Positions 28,501 through 38,600 of a stretch of 64,000 nucleotides of DNA are shown here, piece by piece. Each line of letters starts with the position of its first letter. Position 1 is the first letter of the stretch. The translations under genes were made by a program, and so were the position numbers. Below the pieces are notes generated by a model, which had not been told where the DNA came from, ran no database searches, and saw nothing but the letters and a program-made list of their open reading frames with translations. This stretch comes from Candidatus Nanoarchaeia archaeon (GTDB lineage Archaea > Nanobdellota > Nanobdellia > Woesearchaeales > ARS49). The stretch covers positions 55,449 through 119,448 of the forward strand of contig JBGPSD010000002.1 of NCBI GenBank assembly GCA_041489925.1. The letters are read 5' to 3'.

Positions 28501-31460
28501 GTTGGCGATGTAGGTGCCAGGCCTGATGGGATTGCGAAAAGGAACACGTCATTGTTGTCAGCGCCAGGTCTTGCAGGCGTGGGACCTTTCCAGTATGCCT
28601 CAAGCCTGACAGTCCGTGGTGTTGGCTCTCCTGCATTGCTTTCACAGAAGCCTGCAACAGAATTCCACAGCACATTGCAGCCCAAGCCGCTTGTATCAGC
28701 GTTTGCCTGCTGTGCTGACAGGCAGGTGCTTTGCTTCAGTTCGTCAAATGTGTCAAGGCTTCCGCCCATTGCTGTTCCAGGACCGCACGCAGAGCTCCAG
28801 TCCTTCTGGTACTGGATGCCGCAGCAGTTCGGGTGCGCAGGGTGGAGCATTTTCTTGCAGTCATCTGGCTTTGGTCCATTGGGGAATGTCTTCGGAGCGT
28901 CTTTTCCTTTTGCAATGTTGTATATTTCAAGTATGCCCACCCTGTTGAACGTCAGCGATGATGTCTTCGGTGAAACAAATTGTCCTTGCTCTTCAGTTAT
29001 GCGCTTTGCAGTCTCAATATCCTGTGCAGTGCTGACCGTTGCAGTGTACTTGCCGCCTCCATACGTCGGCGTTATGAAATTAAAGTCTGAATATGTGAAT
29101 GCGCAGTCATTGCCTGAGTAAATCAGCCCTCCGCCCTGTGTTCCGCCTGCTCCGCCCACCTGCCATTTTGCAAGCTCAGGGTTGCTGGTGATCATACTGG
29201 GTTCAATTTCAAGCGGTTCTGCCTTGCCAGTCTGCTGCTTGATGTAGTATGTGAGTGTTGGCGCGCTTGGACAGCCAATGCGGTCGCAGAGACCGTGCAT
29301 CACATCCATCTCAAACTTCTTCCTTGATTCCATCTTGCTCTGACAGGCATAGCACTTTTTCTGCTTGTCCTGGTCATTGTTGCCGCTGTAAACTTCCTTG
29401 CACAGCCCTGCGTCTGCAACTGCCTTGCTCCAGGTTCCGCCTGTGACAACAGACAGTGCCTGGCTTCCCTCGCAGGCCATCTGCTCTGTGAAGAATTGGA
29501 AATACATCCAGACAGTGCTCGCGAGGCAGCCGTAAAGCACGTATTCGCTGATTGTTGTCAGCGGCTTGAGCACCTTGTCAATGTAGCTGATTACCCTGCC
29601 AATCACTTTCACCGCAGCCTTTAGCAGCCCTTTTGGAATTATGTCTGTGGGAATTGTCATGTCTATCGCGACTTCAACAGGCATGCACACTTTTTGCACG
29701 CGCTTCTCAATCTTTGGCGTGACAATCGGCCTGCTCGGGTCAGTGGGCGCAATAACAATGCTTTGCTGGAATGTGATTTCCATCTGTAGGAATATCTTGG
29801 CGCATCCAACACCTGGCACAAGGCATTCTCCCTTGCGGTGGTCTGACAGCGCCCTTTCTTTCTCATTAGGCCCTGCATTTGGATTTTCAGGCAGGGGGTC
29901 AACGTTTTCAAACTGTATCTGGACATATCCTGTGTAGTTCTTTGTGGTCTTTTTTCCTGCGTAATTGCTTACCTGCACCCAGTTGTGGTCAAACTCTTTC
30001 TCAGCTCCTGGCGCGAGCAGTATTGGGCGCACTGTGACAATTGGAGGCGCGGTTGTGGGCTCTCTGCCGATGTAATTGAGTGTGAACGGTATTCCTATCT
30101 GCTGGACTCCCTGTATCATCAGGCGCGGCAGCAAAATGCTTGGCATTGCCTCTCCCACATTTGCCTCCCAGTATGTTCCTGAGCCGCAAAGCAGGAAGTC
30201 AACGTCAGTCGGTCCAAAGCTTGCCTTGTTGCCTGCGAGGTCAACTGCTTCAAGCCTTATCTTGTTTGCCCAGCCCTCTCCAGCCTCAATACTTGTTCTT
30301 GTCGTCCCTTTCTTTATCCTGATTGTTGCCCTTAGCTTGGTCTTTATTGAGAATGAGCCGTCAGCTTCTGTAACCTCGTACTCTGCAGGCTTTGCCTCGT
30401 CATTGATGTAAACAAACACTGTTGCCTGCTCGTCAAGTTTGCCCTTGATTGTGATGTCAGGGATGTATGACGGGCTGAGCTTGTCAAGGTTTGTCTCGAG
30501 GAACTTTGGCCCTGCATTGTCCATCTTTACTGTCTGCTTGATTATTTCCTGGTTTCCTGCCGCATCCTCAAAGATGAGTTCAACATCATTCAGCCCCTGC
30601 GCGAGAGGCAGGGTAATTGAGAACGGACTTCCTGCAGTTGTTGTCTGATAAGGAGTCTCACAGCTCATGTTGATTTCTGGCGGGGCAGCTGATGAAGCAT
30701 TTGCTCCGCCTTTTGTTGTGGCGACTGCGAGGTCTGCGGAAGTTCCGATATTGCAGCTTGTGTCAACTGGCGCAATGCCGTAGCTGTAAGTGACCCCTGA
30801 CTGAAGGTTGATGTCATTATAGCTGGGCAGTGATGATGTTGCAATGCGCCTTCCATTGCGCTTGACAAGGTATTCTTTCAAGTCAGTTGCCGTGCTCGGG
30901 TCCCACACCAGCTCAATTGAATTCTCTGCAATCTTGTTTGCCTTGAGCCCTGCCAGGATGTCAGGCGGTGTTGTGTCTGTCTTCTGGACAACCCTGTATT
31001 TTATCGTGACTTTTTCATTGACATCCCCTGAGATTGTGATGCTGCTTTCCCTTGTTGCTGCAGGGATTTCAGTCGCGAGCTTCACTGCAGGCGGGATTGA
31101 GTCATACAGGACTTTGAATTCCTTTGCTGTCCCTCCTGTGTTGCCTTCAAATGCCTGCAGCTTGACTGTGTTTTCTCCCTGGCTCAGCCCAATGCTTGCG
31201 AATTTGAACTTTCCATCTGAGCCTGCAGGACCAACCCTTGTCCTTACTTCATTGACGAAAACCTGGACACTTGCTGCTGGCTTTGTCCTTCCCTCTATTG
31301 TTATTGTTCCGCTGCGGGAGAATGCAGGCAGGCTTGCTTCAATGTCAAGCGTGCCCATTGGCGCTGAGCCTTCAACAACCCGGCCTGTGAACATGTTGGC
31401 TGTCGCTACCGGAAGCATCACCATGAGCATTGCCAGGGTGATGGACAGGAGCTTATTCAA
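25506..31460 (-). CDS. Giant 1984-aa surface protein (Ig-like/FN3 + Cys-rich + helical tail)
   Basis: Signal peptide; DxxPP and DxAGN Ig motifs; FN3-like IELVWD...YLVKRNG...YSY; many Cys; internal hydrophobic helices. Confidence 0.85.
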   Translation of the reverse strand: MNKLLSITLAMLMVMLPVATANMFTGRVVEGSAPMGTLDIEASLPAFSRSGTITIEGRTKPAASVQVFVNEVRTRVGPAGSDGKFKFASIGLSQGENTVKLQAFEGNTGGTAKEFKVLYDSIPPAVKLATEIPAATRESSITISGDVNEKVTIKYRVVQKTDTTPPDILAGLKANKIAENSIELVWDPSTATDLKEYLVKRNGRRIATSSLPSYNDINLQSGVTYSYGIAPVDTSCNIGTSADLAVATTKGGANASSAAPPEINMSCETPYQTTTAGSPFSITLPLAQGLNDVELIFEDAAGNQEIIKQTVKMDNAGPKFLETNLDKLSPSYIPDITIKGKLDEQATVFVYINDEAKPAEYEVTEADGSFSIKTKLRATIRIKKGTTRTSIEAGEGWANKIRLEAVDLAGNKASFGPTDVDFLLCGSGTYWEANVGEAMPSILLPRLMIQGVQQIGIPFTLNYIGREPTTAPPIVTVRPILLAPGAEKEFDHNWVQVSNYAGKKTTKNYTGYVQIQFENVDPLPENPNAGPNEKERALSDHRKGECLVPGVGCAKIFLQMEITFQQSIVIAPTDPSRPIVTPKIEKRVQKVCMPVEVAIDMTIPTDIIPKGLLKAAVKVIGRVISYIDKVLKPLTTISEYVLYGCLASTVWMYFQFFTEQMACEGSQALSVVTGGTWSKAVADAGLCKEVYSGNNDQDKQKKCYACQSKMESRKKFEMDVMHGLCDRIGCPSAPTLTYYIKQQTGKAEPLEIEPSMITSNPELAKWQVGGAGGTQGGGLIYSGNDCAFTYSDFNFITPTYGGGKYTATVSTAQDIETAKRITEEQGQFVSPKTSSLTFNRVGILEIYNIAKGKDAPKTFPNGPKPDDCKKMLHPAHPNCCGIQYQKDWSSACGPGTAMGGSLDTFDELKQSTCLSAQQANADTSGLGCNVLWNSVAGFCESNAGEPTPRTVRLEAYWKGPTPARPGADNNDVFLFAIPSGLAPTSPTGAAERQYKVYAGYAARTPQFEKMTVTEAGVNKDQQLRLSQGLTAVLETDVSNCFGQTPATGASKTKTTEKSTEDTGVECLHTALCLGKTKSGYGIDPCQKDGNIRAAYNSVNEIVGVSEQQYIVRPTSGLLRSIECVCLPAIVGYLQMWRSVLGAFYGCFQRILLTGEGSEGFCAAKLSGTICDLLFEAISCITQKFNSPGVGGRVDAGGGFGSVLGSLTGAGTAVSRSVTERYGSAGPFQSLFSERKLVHAICIWAFTGTWDLNMQGLFQQQVNEIPLDTEGALTTCERTFISYDPTTSPTGLTTWAYRIAGGLIAGADVRYRLTLKCSAGFSCDPRTNPDGKCDCQAKTQELPVSTPELGNGMAKKYDMVNFDSPFVVSPQTAYDSAGYRYDTAVLSWDWTDSTTRQSRTGQVDCSIRETLSGQAPAFCALEAFSGKFRCMFGEQENGIRIRTANPVYPEKQDVFALKDPLKFSLELQQAYPEDRRSQNIGKKFLTYQIKDAAGNVVDGLLTDERQMPLQTSNEDTSQKYTLSTNGVFRFTVPNGETDFSPLAKFEVNEDTIKRHSATGPSRTGIQQRTWGVDTLKPYVTTMTLMEGGALSQGTYKFLINFPNYGANPAESTYEIWQINPAATNPEPNARDGWLSFKVGSTPIYSGKQTAGQLKNTAPFTFKSGRNDVAGVIEFDRMVFQVQALQVLVTYAPPKSAAAATQACNPNTPVTWTALFTIYDADRQGNPTNQVSTDPENGAQQQTSVNFKVQCTTPAQVKKACADLNGECKEKQSDCKEGVITGSSDCPSTCCKKPVVISAKDTTLLPSLAYFLEMQVKTINNYNERLVEIPASESGDRTKVAARVSGYIVQMDALKTGNDAAITEFSRQIGMLSDPANKAMFTDAQTAMQAVSNYVGGVKQTMIDMNKSSQFDVDLANEKILNVTAKLKEAQSMYTATINQVKSSTPAGTTTCKGYGTCQDTCPIEDLGPTDCTNGQRCCPTGTATT

Positions 31461-33432
31461 ATTCCGGCTGAAGTGTTTCGCGATATTCTCCCTCCATTAC
31501 ATATGACATCATCTTGAGCTTTTGGTCATCTGTGATTGACAATGGCAGGTATTGCACAAGCGGGATAACTGCTGTTGTCTTTCCTGCGATTGTGTCATAA
31601 GGTATCTTGTATGTCTGGACATTGTATCCGCCAACCTGGTTGTCGCGCAGGAACAGCATTGCGTCAATGTCATAATAAGACGTGTCCTGCACGATCTGGA
31701 ATGACTCATTTGTTGTGGGGAAGCCGACAAACTGGTCAAATGTCCTGTTGACAAGGCTTACCTGCACTGAGACGCGCTCATTCTCTGTCAGCGGCCTTGG
31801 TGTTCCCCATGTGTCTGTCTCGCCGTGGTACGGGTGGACAATGTACTTGAGCTGCATGTCCTGCAGTTTTTTCATCGGTATGTCAATCCTGTCAGTGAGC
31901 ATCTGCATTGTGGTTTCAAGGTATCCTTCCTTTTTCGCTGTTATGAACGGGTTTGTGCATCCCCTTGGCAGGTATGTTGCAAGCGCGTACACTCCCTCTT
32001 CTGCCATTGTGCTTCCGAGCTCGCATTCCTGGTCAAAGCACTTGTATGTTATCTGGACATCAGGCATTTCCATCATTATGCCTGTCCCTTCCACAACACC
32101 GAGCGCCCTGATGTCCGCAGGCTTGTCGCCGAATGTTGTGCAGAAGTCAGGCGCTCCAAAGTCCATTGTCTGGAACCTTCTCAGCCCAAATGCAACTCTT
32201 TCAGGCATGTTATGGTTGATTAGCACAGGGAACGCGAACTGGAAAACATATCCCTGCCCATTGAACGCAGTGTCATCCCTTACTGATGCCTTGACGTAAT
32301 AAATTACGTCATAGGTGAAGTGCCACTGGTTTATGCACAGGAAGCGCAGGAACTTGCCAACTCCCTTTCCTGAGTTTGATTTCAATTGCGGGCCGTCGCT
32401 TGGCTGCGCATTTATCTGCATTCCCCACGCAGGCTGGTATTCAAAGCCCACCTTCAGGTCAGTCGGCTTGGCGCCAACGTCATAGAAGAACTTGAAGTAC
32501 TGGTATGCGTCATCAGGTGCCTCTGTCTTTGGCGGTGTTATTTCCTGTCCTTGCTCAAGCTCTTTTGTCATACGCAAATAATCCTTGTGCAAAGTTTCGT
32601 ATGTGCTTTGGCTTGCTGTGAACGGGAAAAAGTTCGTGTTCTTGATTCTTGTTGTCGGAATGTTATAGTATAACAGCTGTTCAAGCCTGCTCTGCACGTC
32701 TGTGATGCGCCAGTGCTTTGTTCCGCACTCAATTGTCAATCCGTCCAGCGGGATGTTTTCGCTGTCTGCAGCCATGAGGTCAATCGTGGCATTTTCAAAG
32801 TATGTGAACTCGTTTTCCTTTGCCATTGTTGCATTGGCAAGCTCCCACATCTGCTTCAGGCGCACAGGCATCCTGAATACAAAGTCCTTGATTCGCTTTG
32901 TGCCTTCTGTGCCACCAAAGGAGAGCGCCAATGGCCAGGAGATTCTCAAAATCACACTGTCATCTGCTATCATTGTTGTTGTGCTGACATTGCCTTCCTC
33001 GGTTATACTCATCCTGTCCTTGAAAGGCTCAAAGCTTCCTGCGCAGTCCTTTAATCCTGAGTTGATGTGCCTTGAGATTTCCCTTTCCATGAAGCCAAGG
33101 CTTGGAGTCCTGTCCTCGCCTTCGTAATACCACAAAGGCACCTTGAAGTAATTTTCAGAGTCTATCGGGATGTATGCAGTCGGCGTGCGCTCAATTATTC
33201 CAGGCAGCTGTATGAATCCTCCCTGCAGTCCTAACAATCCAATTCCTTCCATCGCAAGGCTATTGACACAGCTCTGGACATAGTCATACACAGGCTTGAC
33301 ATCCTCAGGGACAATCACTTCTTCCTCAATCGGCTTGACAGCCCTTTCAGTGGTCAGGTAAACAACTATTCCAACGCTGACAAGCAGTATCAGCCCTATT
33401 ATTATGAACAGTGTTATCTGCCCTCTTTTCAT
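31453..33432 (-). CDS. Large class III signal-peptide (pilin-like) protein
   Basis: MKRG/QITLFIIIGLILLV; YVQSC, LGLQGG, VPLWYY, FTYDVIY. Confidence 0.85.
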   Translation of the reverse strand: MKRGQITLFIIIGLILLVSVGIVVYLTTERAVKPIEEEVIVPEDVKPVYDYVQSCVNSLAMEGIGLLGLQGGFIQLPGIIERTPTAYIPIDSENYFKVPLWYYEGEDRTPSLGFMEREISRHINSGLKDCAGSFEPFKDRMSITEEGNVSTTTMIADDSVILRISWPLALSFGGTEGTKRIKDFVFRMPVRLKQMWELANATMAKENEFTYFENATIDLMAADSENIPLDGLTIECGTKHWRITDVQSRLEQLLYYNIPTTRIKNTNFFPFTASQSTYETLHKDYLRMTKELEQGQEITPPKTEAPDDAYQYFKFFYDVGAKPTDLKVGFEYQPAWGMQINAQPSDGPQLKSNSGKGVGKFLRFLCINQWHFTYDVIYYVKASVRDDTAFNGQGYVFQFAFPVLINHNMPERVAFGLRRFQTMDFGAPDFCTTFGDKPADIRALGVVEGTGIMMEMPDVQITYKCFDQECELGSTMAEEGVYALATYLPRGCTNPFITAKKEGYLETTMQMLTDRIDIPMKKLQDMQLKYIVHPYHGETDTWGTPRPLTENERVSVQVSLVNRTFDQFVGFPTTNESFQIVQDTSYYDIDAMLFLRDNQVGGYNVQTYKIPYDTIAGKTTAVIPLVQYLPLSITDDQKLKMMSYVMEGEYRETLQPEFE

Positions 33433-34310
33433 GCTATTTTCCTCAATATATTTCTCATATATATTCTATACCATGCCATGAATGCGAAAAAGATTATGAA
33501 TGCAGTTGCAAGCATCAGGTTTCCTGAAACTATAAGCAATACCTGGCTTAACAGCACATAGACAATAAAAATATAGCAGTATGGAATCACAAATGCCTTG
33601 AACTTTCCTATGCCTGTGCTGAATGCCTCTGCCATTGCCTTTCCAAATGCGCGGTTCTTTGTGTAAGAATAATGCAGTGCTGCTGTGAGATGGGTGTAAA
33701 GCAGCATCATCGCGATGAAAACATAAGCAGCGGGTTTTGTGCTCATTGATACCACGAAAAACATTCCGAGCACAATCCACGCAGTGCACCAGGCAAGGTT
33801 GAGCAGGCTGAATCTCGCAAAGAACGGCAAGTGCACAGGCTTGTTAAGCAAAGTGAGCCAGATGAACCCTCTTGAGATGGTGTATGCGACGAGTATCAGC
33901 AGCCAGAATGCAATTAATACGATTATTGCCTTTGTGAAAAACGCGCCAAGTATGTTGTTATACATCTCAAGGTTTTCAGCGCCCAGCTTTGCGCCTGCTG
34001 CGACAGGGATTTGGCTCAGCGGCTGCACAACAGCCATAAGCACGCGGTACAATGCGTATCCTAACAGCGCGATTGCAACGCAGAACACTGCGTCATAGAA
34101 CATCACCCATGCAAATTCTGTTTTCAGCTTGAATGTTTCCAGCAAATTCTTGAATTGCTTTTTCGAATGTTCCTTTGGCGCGAGCAAAAGGATTAATCCA
34201 ATGATTGCGAGCAATGCTATCTGCGCAAATCCTGTTTTTTTGTAAATCAGGATTCCTGCGATTATTAAAATTAGTCCGATTATCCGCGGTATTGTTACCA
34301 GCTGTTTCAT
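33429..34310 (-). CDS. Polytopic membrane protein (about 8 TM)
   Basis: Hydrophobic; ATGA overlaps on both sides. Confidence 0.8.
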   Translation of the reverse strand: MKQLVTIPRIIGLILIIAGILIYKKTGFAQIALLAIIGLILLLAPKEHSKKQFKNLLETFKLKTEFAWVMFYDAVFCVAIALLGYALYRVLMAVVQPLSQIPVAAGAKLGAENLEMYNNILGAFFTKAIIVLIAFWLLILVAYTISRGFIWLTLLNKPVHLPFFARFSLLNLAWCTAWIVLGMFFVVSMSTKPAAYVFIAMMLLYTHLTAALHYSYTKNRAFGKAMAEAFSTGIGKFKAFVIPYCYIFIVYVLLSQVLLIVSGNLMLATAFIIFFAFMAWYRIYMRNILRKIA

Positions 34311-35668
34311 ATGCTTGCCCCTGGTGTTGTTGGTGCTGCAGGCGTTGTTGCTCCTGGCTGTGCGGCAGTTTCAGTTCCTGTTGTGACAGCGTATGGCATT
34401 GTCGCTGCCCCTGCATATTGCGTTATTGAATTGCAGATGCTTCCTGTCCTCCTGCCGCCAAAGGCTTCAAGGCTTGGGCTGAATGAGAGGCAGACTGATG
34501 TGTAATCAGTCGGGGATAGTTTCATCAGCGCAGACGCTCCGACTGCTGCGAAAGTGTTTCCTTCGCCAATCTCCTGGTCTGCTGCCCACCAGGCTGCCTT
34601 TTTTTCTGCTGACTGGAAGTAAACATTGATTTTTAGTGTTTCATCGAGCGGGTTTGTGACAGAGAACGTGACTTTGTAAACCCATGATGTCTGGCTCGGA
34701 GTCACAATCGGCAATGAGCGCTCCCCTTCAATGTGCGCCGCAACCGCTGGCAAACCACCGACAGGCGCAGTGAAAAGCACGCCATCCTGCGGCGGGGTTA
34801 TTTCGGTGTAAATGCCGCAAACTGTTGAAGTCCAGCAATCGCGCGAAAGCGGCAAATATCCAAGAACCTTATTGCAGAAAATATCATTGACCCTGTTCCT
34901 CCAGTTTGCGAGGAATTCCTTGTCAAATATCAGCGAAGAATATCCCTGCAGTCCTGAATAAATACGGTAGGATTGGACGAAGTTGCCAAGCCTGTCGCCC
35001 CAGCTGTATTCTACAGTGCCTGTTGCAGACTCTTCTGCTGCTTGCTGCATGTCACGCCAGGTTTCAGCGTCGCTGTCTTGGAGTTGCTTAATCTGCGCCT
35101 CTGTGAGCTCCACTGGCTCGCCCATTTCATCCGTTGTCAGGTAAGTAAACTGGTTATTTCCGTTATAAATTATGCGCACATTGTTGATATCAAGCTGTGC
35201 TGCTCCTTGACCTCCGGCACCGCCTGCTGCTCCAACGGCTGCTGGAACTTCTCCTGGTGCCGGTGCTCCCTCTCCTGCTTCAGTAACTTGTTGTGACGGT
35301 GTTACTTCTTCTCCTGGTGCCTGTGCTCCTTCTTCCTTTAACAGTGCGGCATTACTGCTTTCGATATTTTCTCTAGTGGCGATTTGTGCAGGTTGAGAAA
35401 CAGTGGGTAAAACTATTTCATCAGGCAACTGCATTCCTGACCTCACTTGCACATATCGCCCAACTATTTCTGGGGGCAATTTCGTAATCTCTTCCTGGGC
35501 AAGTACTCTGCCTTGTTCTCCGGGTGGCGCGTAATATATCGCAGTTGATGCATAATCGCCTTCTGTTTGTGTGATTTTGATATATCTTGTATCAATATTG
35601 TCTGCCGCAACCACCGCGCTCGCGCTAACCAAAATCAGCATGATTGCAATTATTGCGAGTTTACGCAT
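34307..35668 (-). CDS. Secreted hypothetical protein
   Basis: Signal peptide from ATG 35668; low-complexity linker; Cys-containing beta-rich C-domain. Confidence 0.8.
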   Translation of the reverse strand: MRKLAIIAIMLILVSASAVVAADNIDTRYIKITQTEGDYASTAIYYAPPGEQGRVLAQEEITKLPPEIVGRYVQVRSGMQLPDEIVLPTVSQPAQIATRENIESSNAALLKEEGAQAPGEEVTPSQQVTEAGEGAPAPGEVPAAVGAAGGAGGQGAAQLDINNVRIIYNGNNQFTYLTTDEMGEPVELTEAQIKQLQDSDAETWRDMQQAAEESATGTVEYSWGDRLGNFVQSYRIYSGLQGYSSLIFDKEFLANWRNRVNDIFCNKVLGYLPLSRDCWTSTVCGIYTEITPPQDGVLFTAPVGGLPAVAAHIEGERSLPIVTPSQTSWVYKVTFSVTNPLDETLKINVYFQSAEKKAAWWAADQEIGEGNTFAAVGASALMKLSPTDYTSVCLSFSPSLEAFGGRRTGSICNSITQYAGAATMPYAVTTGTETAAQPGATTPAAPTTPGASI

Positions 35669-38600
35669 TTGTTTCACTCTCGTAATCGTCAACTGCGTCT
35701 TCGAAGTCATTGCACGCGTTTTGGTTTACTGAGCCGAAGTCTGAGGCAGTCTTGAAGTTCTGTATGTCCTGTATTGTCTTGCCGAGCTGGGATGCAATTG
35801 CAAGCCCTGCGCATAGCCAGTAAGGCACGCCAGTCCCTTGTCCGCAGTCTTTCCCGCATATCAGCCCAGCGATTGCTCCGATAATCGCGAGCGGGTTAGA
35901 GAGTATGTTCTGCAGCATGTTAAGATAATAGTTGACAAGCGGCGCGAATGGAATGAGGTTGAAAATCTCGCCAAGGACAAAGCGGCATTCAAGGTAGTGC
36001 TTCTGGTCCCTGCAGTAGCTCGCAGGCAGCCCGTTTTCGCGCACATCTGTCAGCAGGCAGTTTCCATACTGGCACTGTATCTGCCTCCACTTGTCAAGAT
36101 TGTAAATTATTCCAGGAACGCATAATGGCGGGACTACAATACTGAAAATAAGGCTGTCTTTGACATTAAGGTAAGTGCTCGGGTCCTGCGCTCCTGTTCC
36201 TGCGCCCCCAATCAGGCTGCTGCTTCCAAGCCCTGTGGACATCCATTTATTCCATTCTGTGCCAGCCCCTTCTGCGCCTCCCACGCCTGCTATGCTAAGC
36301 ATGTCCATCAGTCCCCTCTGGCATGTTATGAAGTCGCAGAACTTTTGCACATATGAGAGTATTCCGTCATCCTTGTCGACCGCTATGCGTAGCTTATCTC
36401 CTATGTTGCAAACATTGCTGGATGTTTGCTTAAGAGCCTCTCCAGGTGCTTTTGTAAATGGTATGTTCGACAGAACCTCTCCTAGTATTCCTGTGACAAG
36501 TTGAATCATTGTAAGCAATGCGACTATGTTCATCAGTATGTTCAGTATCTGGCAGATTTTCTCAGCATAGCCCATGAATTTCTGCAGCTCGCCGATTACT
36601 TTCCAGACACCTGAGATGCTTTCCTTGACCTCATCAATATTATCATCCATGTTGTTGTACAGTTCGCCAACAGGGAGGTTGTAGAATTGCAGGGTGACAG
36701 TCACATTGTCGTGCTCAAAGTTCTGGGGGATAAAGTTGCCAACGCGCGTGAGGATTGAGACAGGGCAGCTGAAATTAAGCTCGTTGATTGTATAATCAGT
36801 CGGAGCAAGCGTCATCACCATGTACGGCTCGACGCTGCCTGCGTAATTGTTCTCAATGCTCATTGTGCTTATGTAGTCTGTCTGCCCTGAGCACTCGTCA
36901 ATGCCAGGAGCCTGCATTGTCACCAATGAAGCCTTGTCATTTGTTGACGCCAGCTTTATGCGGCAGTAAACAGGGTGCTCATACACAGACAAAGTGCTCC
37001 TGTCAAGCATTGTTGGCGAGCATTCTGTTGAAAGCGTCCAGTAGTTTGGCTCTGTTTCATTGCCTATGCCGAGGATAAAGAGCTCAGATGTGGTTATCGT
37101 GACTGAATTTCCTGCCAAATCGCTGAATGTAAACGTGATGTTTGTCGGCTGGGGCCCTGAGACCTCGTTTGTGTATGAGAATGTGCATCTCTTTGTGGTG
37201 TTGCCAAGGCACCTTTCAGCAGGTGTTTCCTTGTCTCCTCCAATGTCGCGCAGGTCTGCGACAACAGTGTTGAAGCCTGCTCCCTCAACGACAAACTCAA
37301 GTGTTTCGCCAAGCGAGGTGAAATTTGTCTTTACGCGCTGTTCTGCCCTGAATGCTGCGATTTCAACAATTCGAACTCCCTCTGGCGCAGTCTTGTCAAA
37401 TGTCAGGTTCAACTGCATTGTCTTTGTGACCTGGTTGTTGAGATTGTCACGCGTTGTGGGCATGATCTTTACAGAGTAATTTCCGCTGCTGGATGTCGGC
37501 CGAACCGCCCAGAAGCACTTCCAGGTTTCAGTTCCTGCCTTTTCGCACTTTTGCGCCTGCACTGATGCTCCAAGCCCAAGCGAACGAAGGTCAAGGAATG
37601 CCAAACCCTTGCTCATTCCTGCTCCTGCTTCCTTGAACTCTGCGAAAATCGTGCCATTGACTCCAAGCAATGATTTTCCTGTGTCGTCAACAAACTGCGT
37701 CCCCATTGCGGTTGGCTCAGGAGAAGTGTCATCAATGCTGATTGAGCACTGCAGCGTCTTGGAGTCCTTGCTGCCCATCAGGTCGCTTGCATTGACTGTC
37801 ACCTGGCACGTTGCGGGCGTTGTAATCGCGACATTTCTCCAGAAGAACCATTCGCCGTTCTGCCCCTCGCGGACCTTTCTTCCAAGCGTGGGGTTGAGCT
37901 TTGTCAGGTCAGCGTAAACTGTTGCGCCATTCACGTCGCTGTCAGCAATCTTGACGAAAACATCTGCGGTTACCTGCTGGTTTGTGCGCGCGTGAGTAAT
38001 CAGATACCCGTCTGCGTCGCGCAGCTCAAGCGCTTCAGGGGTTGGCTTGCGCGAGTCCATGAAGATATCTTTACACACCGGCGCACTCTTGTGGTTAAGG
38101 TAATCTGTTGCAACAGCGCATATCCTGACTTTTCCATTCCCTCCTGGCGGCGATGGCGGCGTGAATGTGAAAGTGCCGTTCTTTGCGCAGGCGCTTATGT
38201 CTCCTGCTATCAGCCCGACAGTTGTCAGGTTTGCGGTGATATTGATGAACTTTATTCCAGAGCATTCTGTCAGTTTTCCTGTTTCACTCCCATAATCCTC
38301 AGCCCTATACGTGACAGTTGTCGGCTTTGGCGCCATGCTCATGTTCGGGCTGAGGGTGAACACCAGGATTTTTGGCGCGATAAAGTCAACCGTGAGGTTT
38401 TTGTACGCGGTTTCAATTTCCTTGTTCTCTGCGTCAAAGAGCTTTATCGCGTAATGGTCTGTTCCTGCAAAAATCAGGTCTTGTGTCTTGTAAGTGCACT
38501 GCTGCATTGCCTGGGACTGTGCAGTGCAGCTGTCCATGAAGTAATAAGTGTCGCCGTAAAACACGCGCACCCTTTGTTTTGCAACATCAGGGGTGGGATT

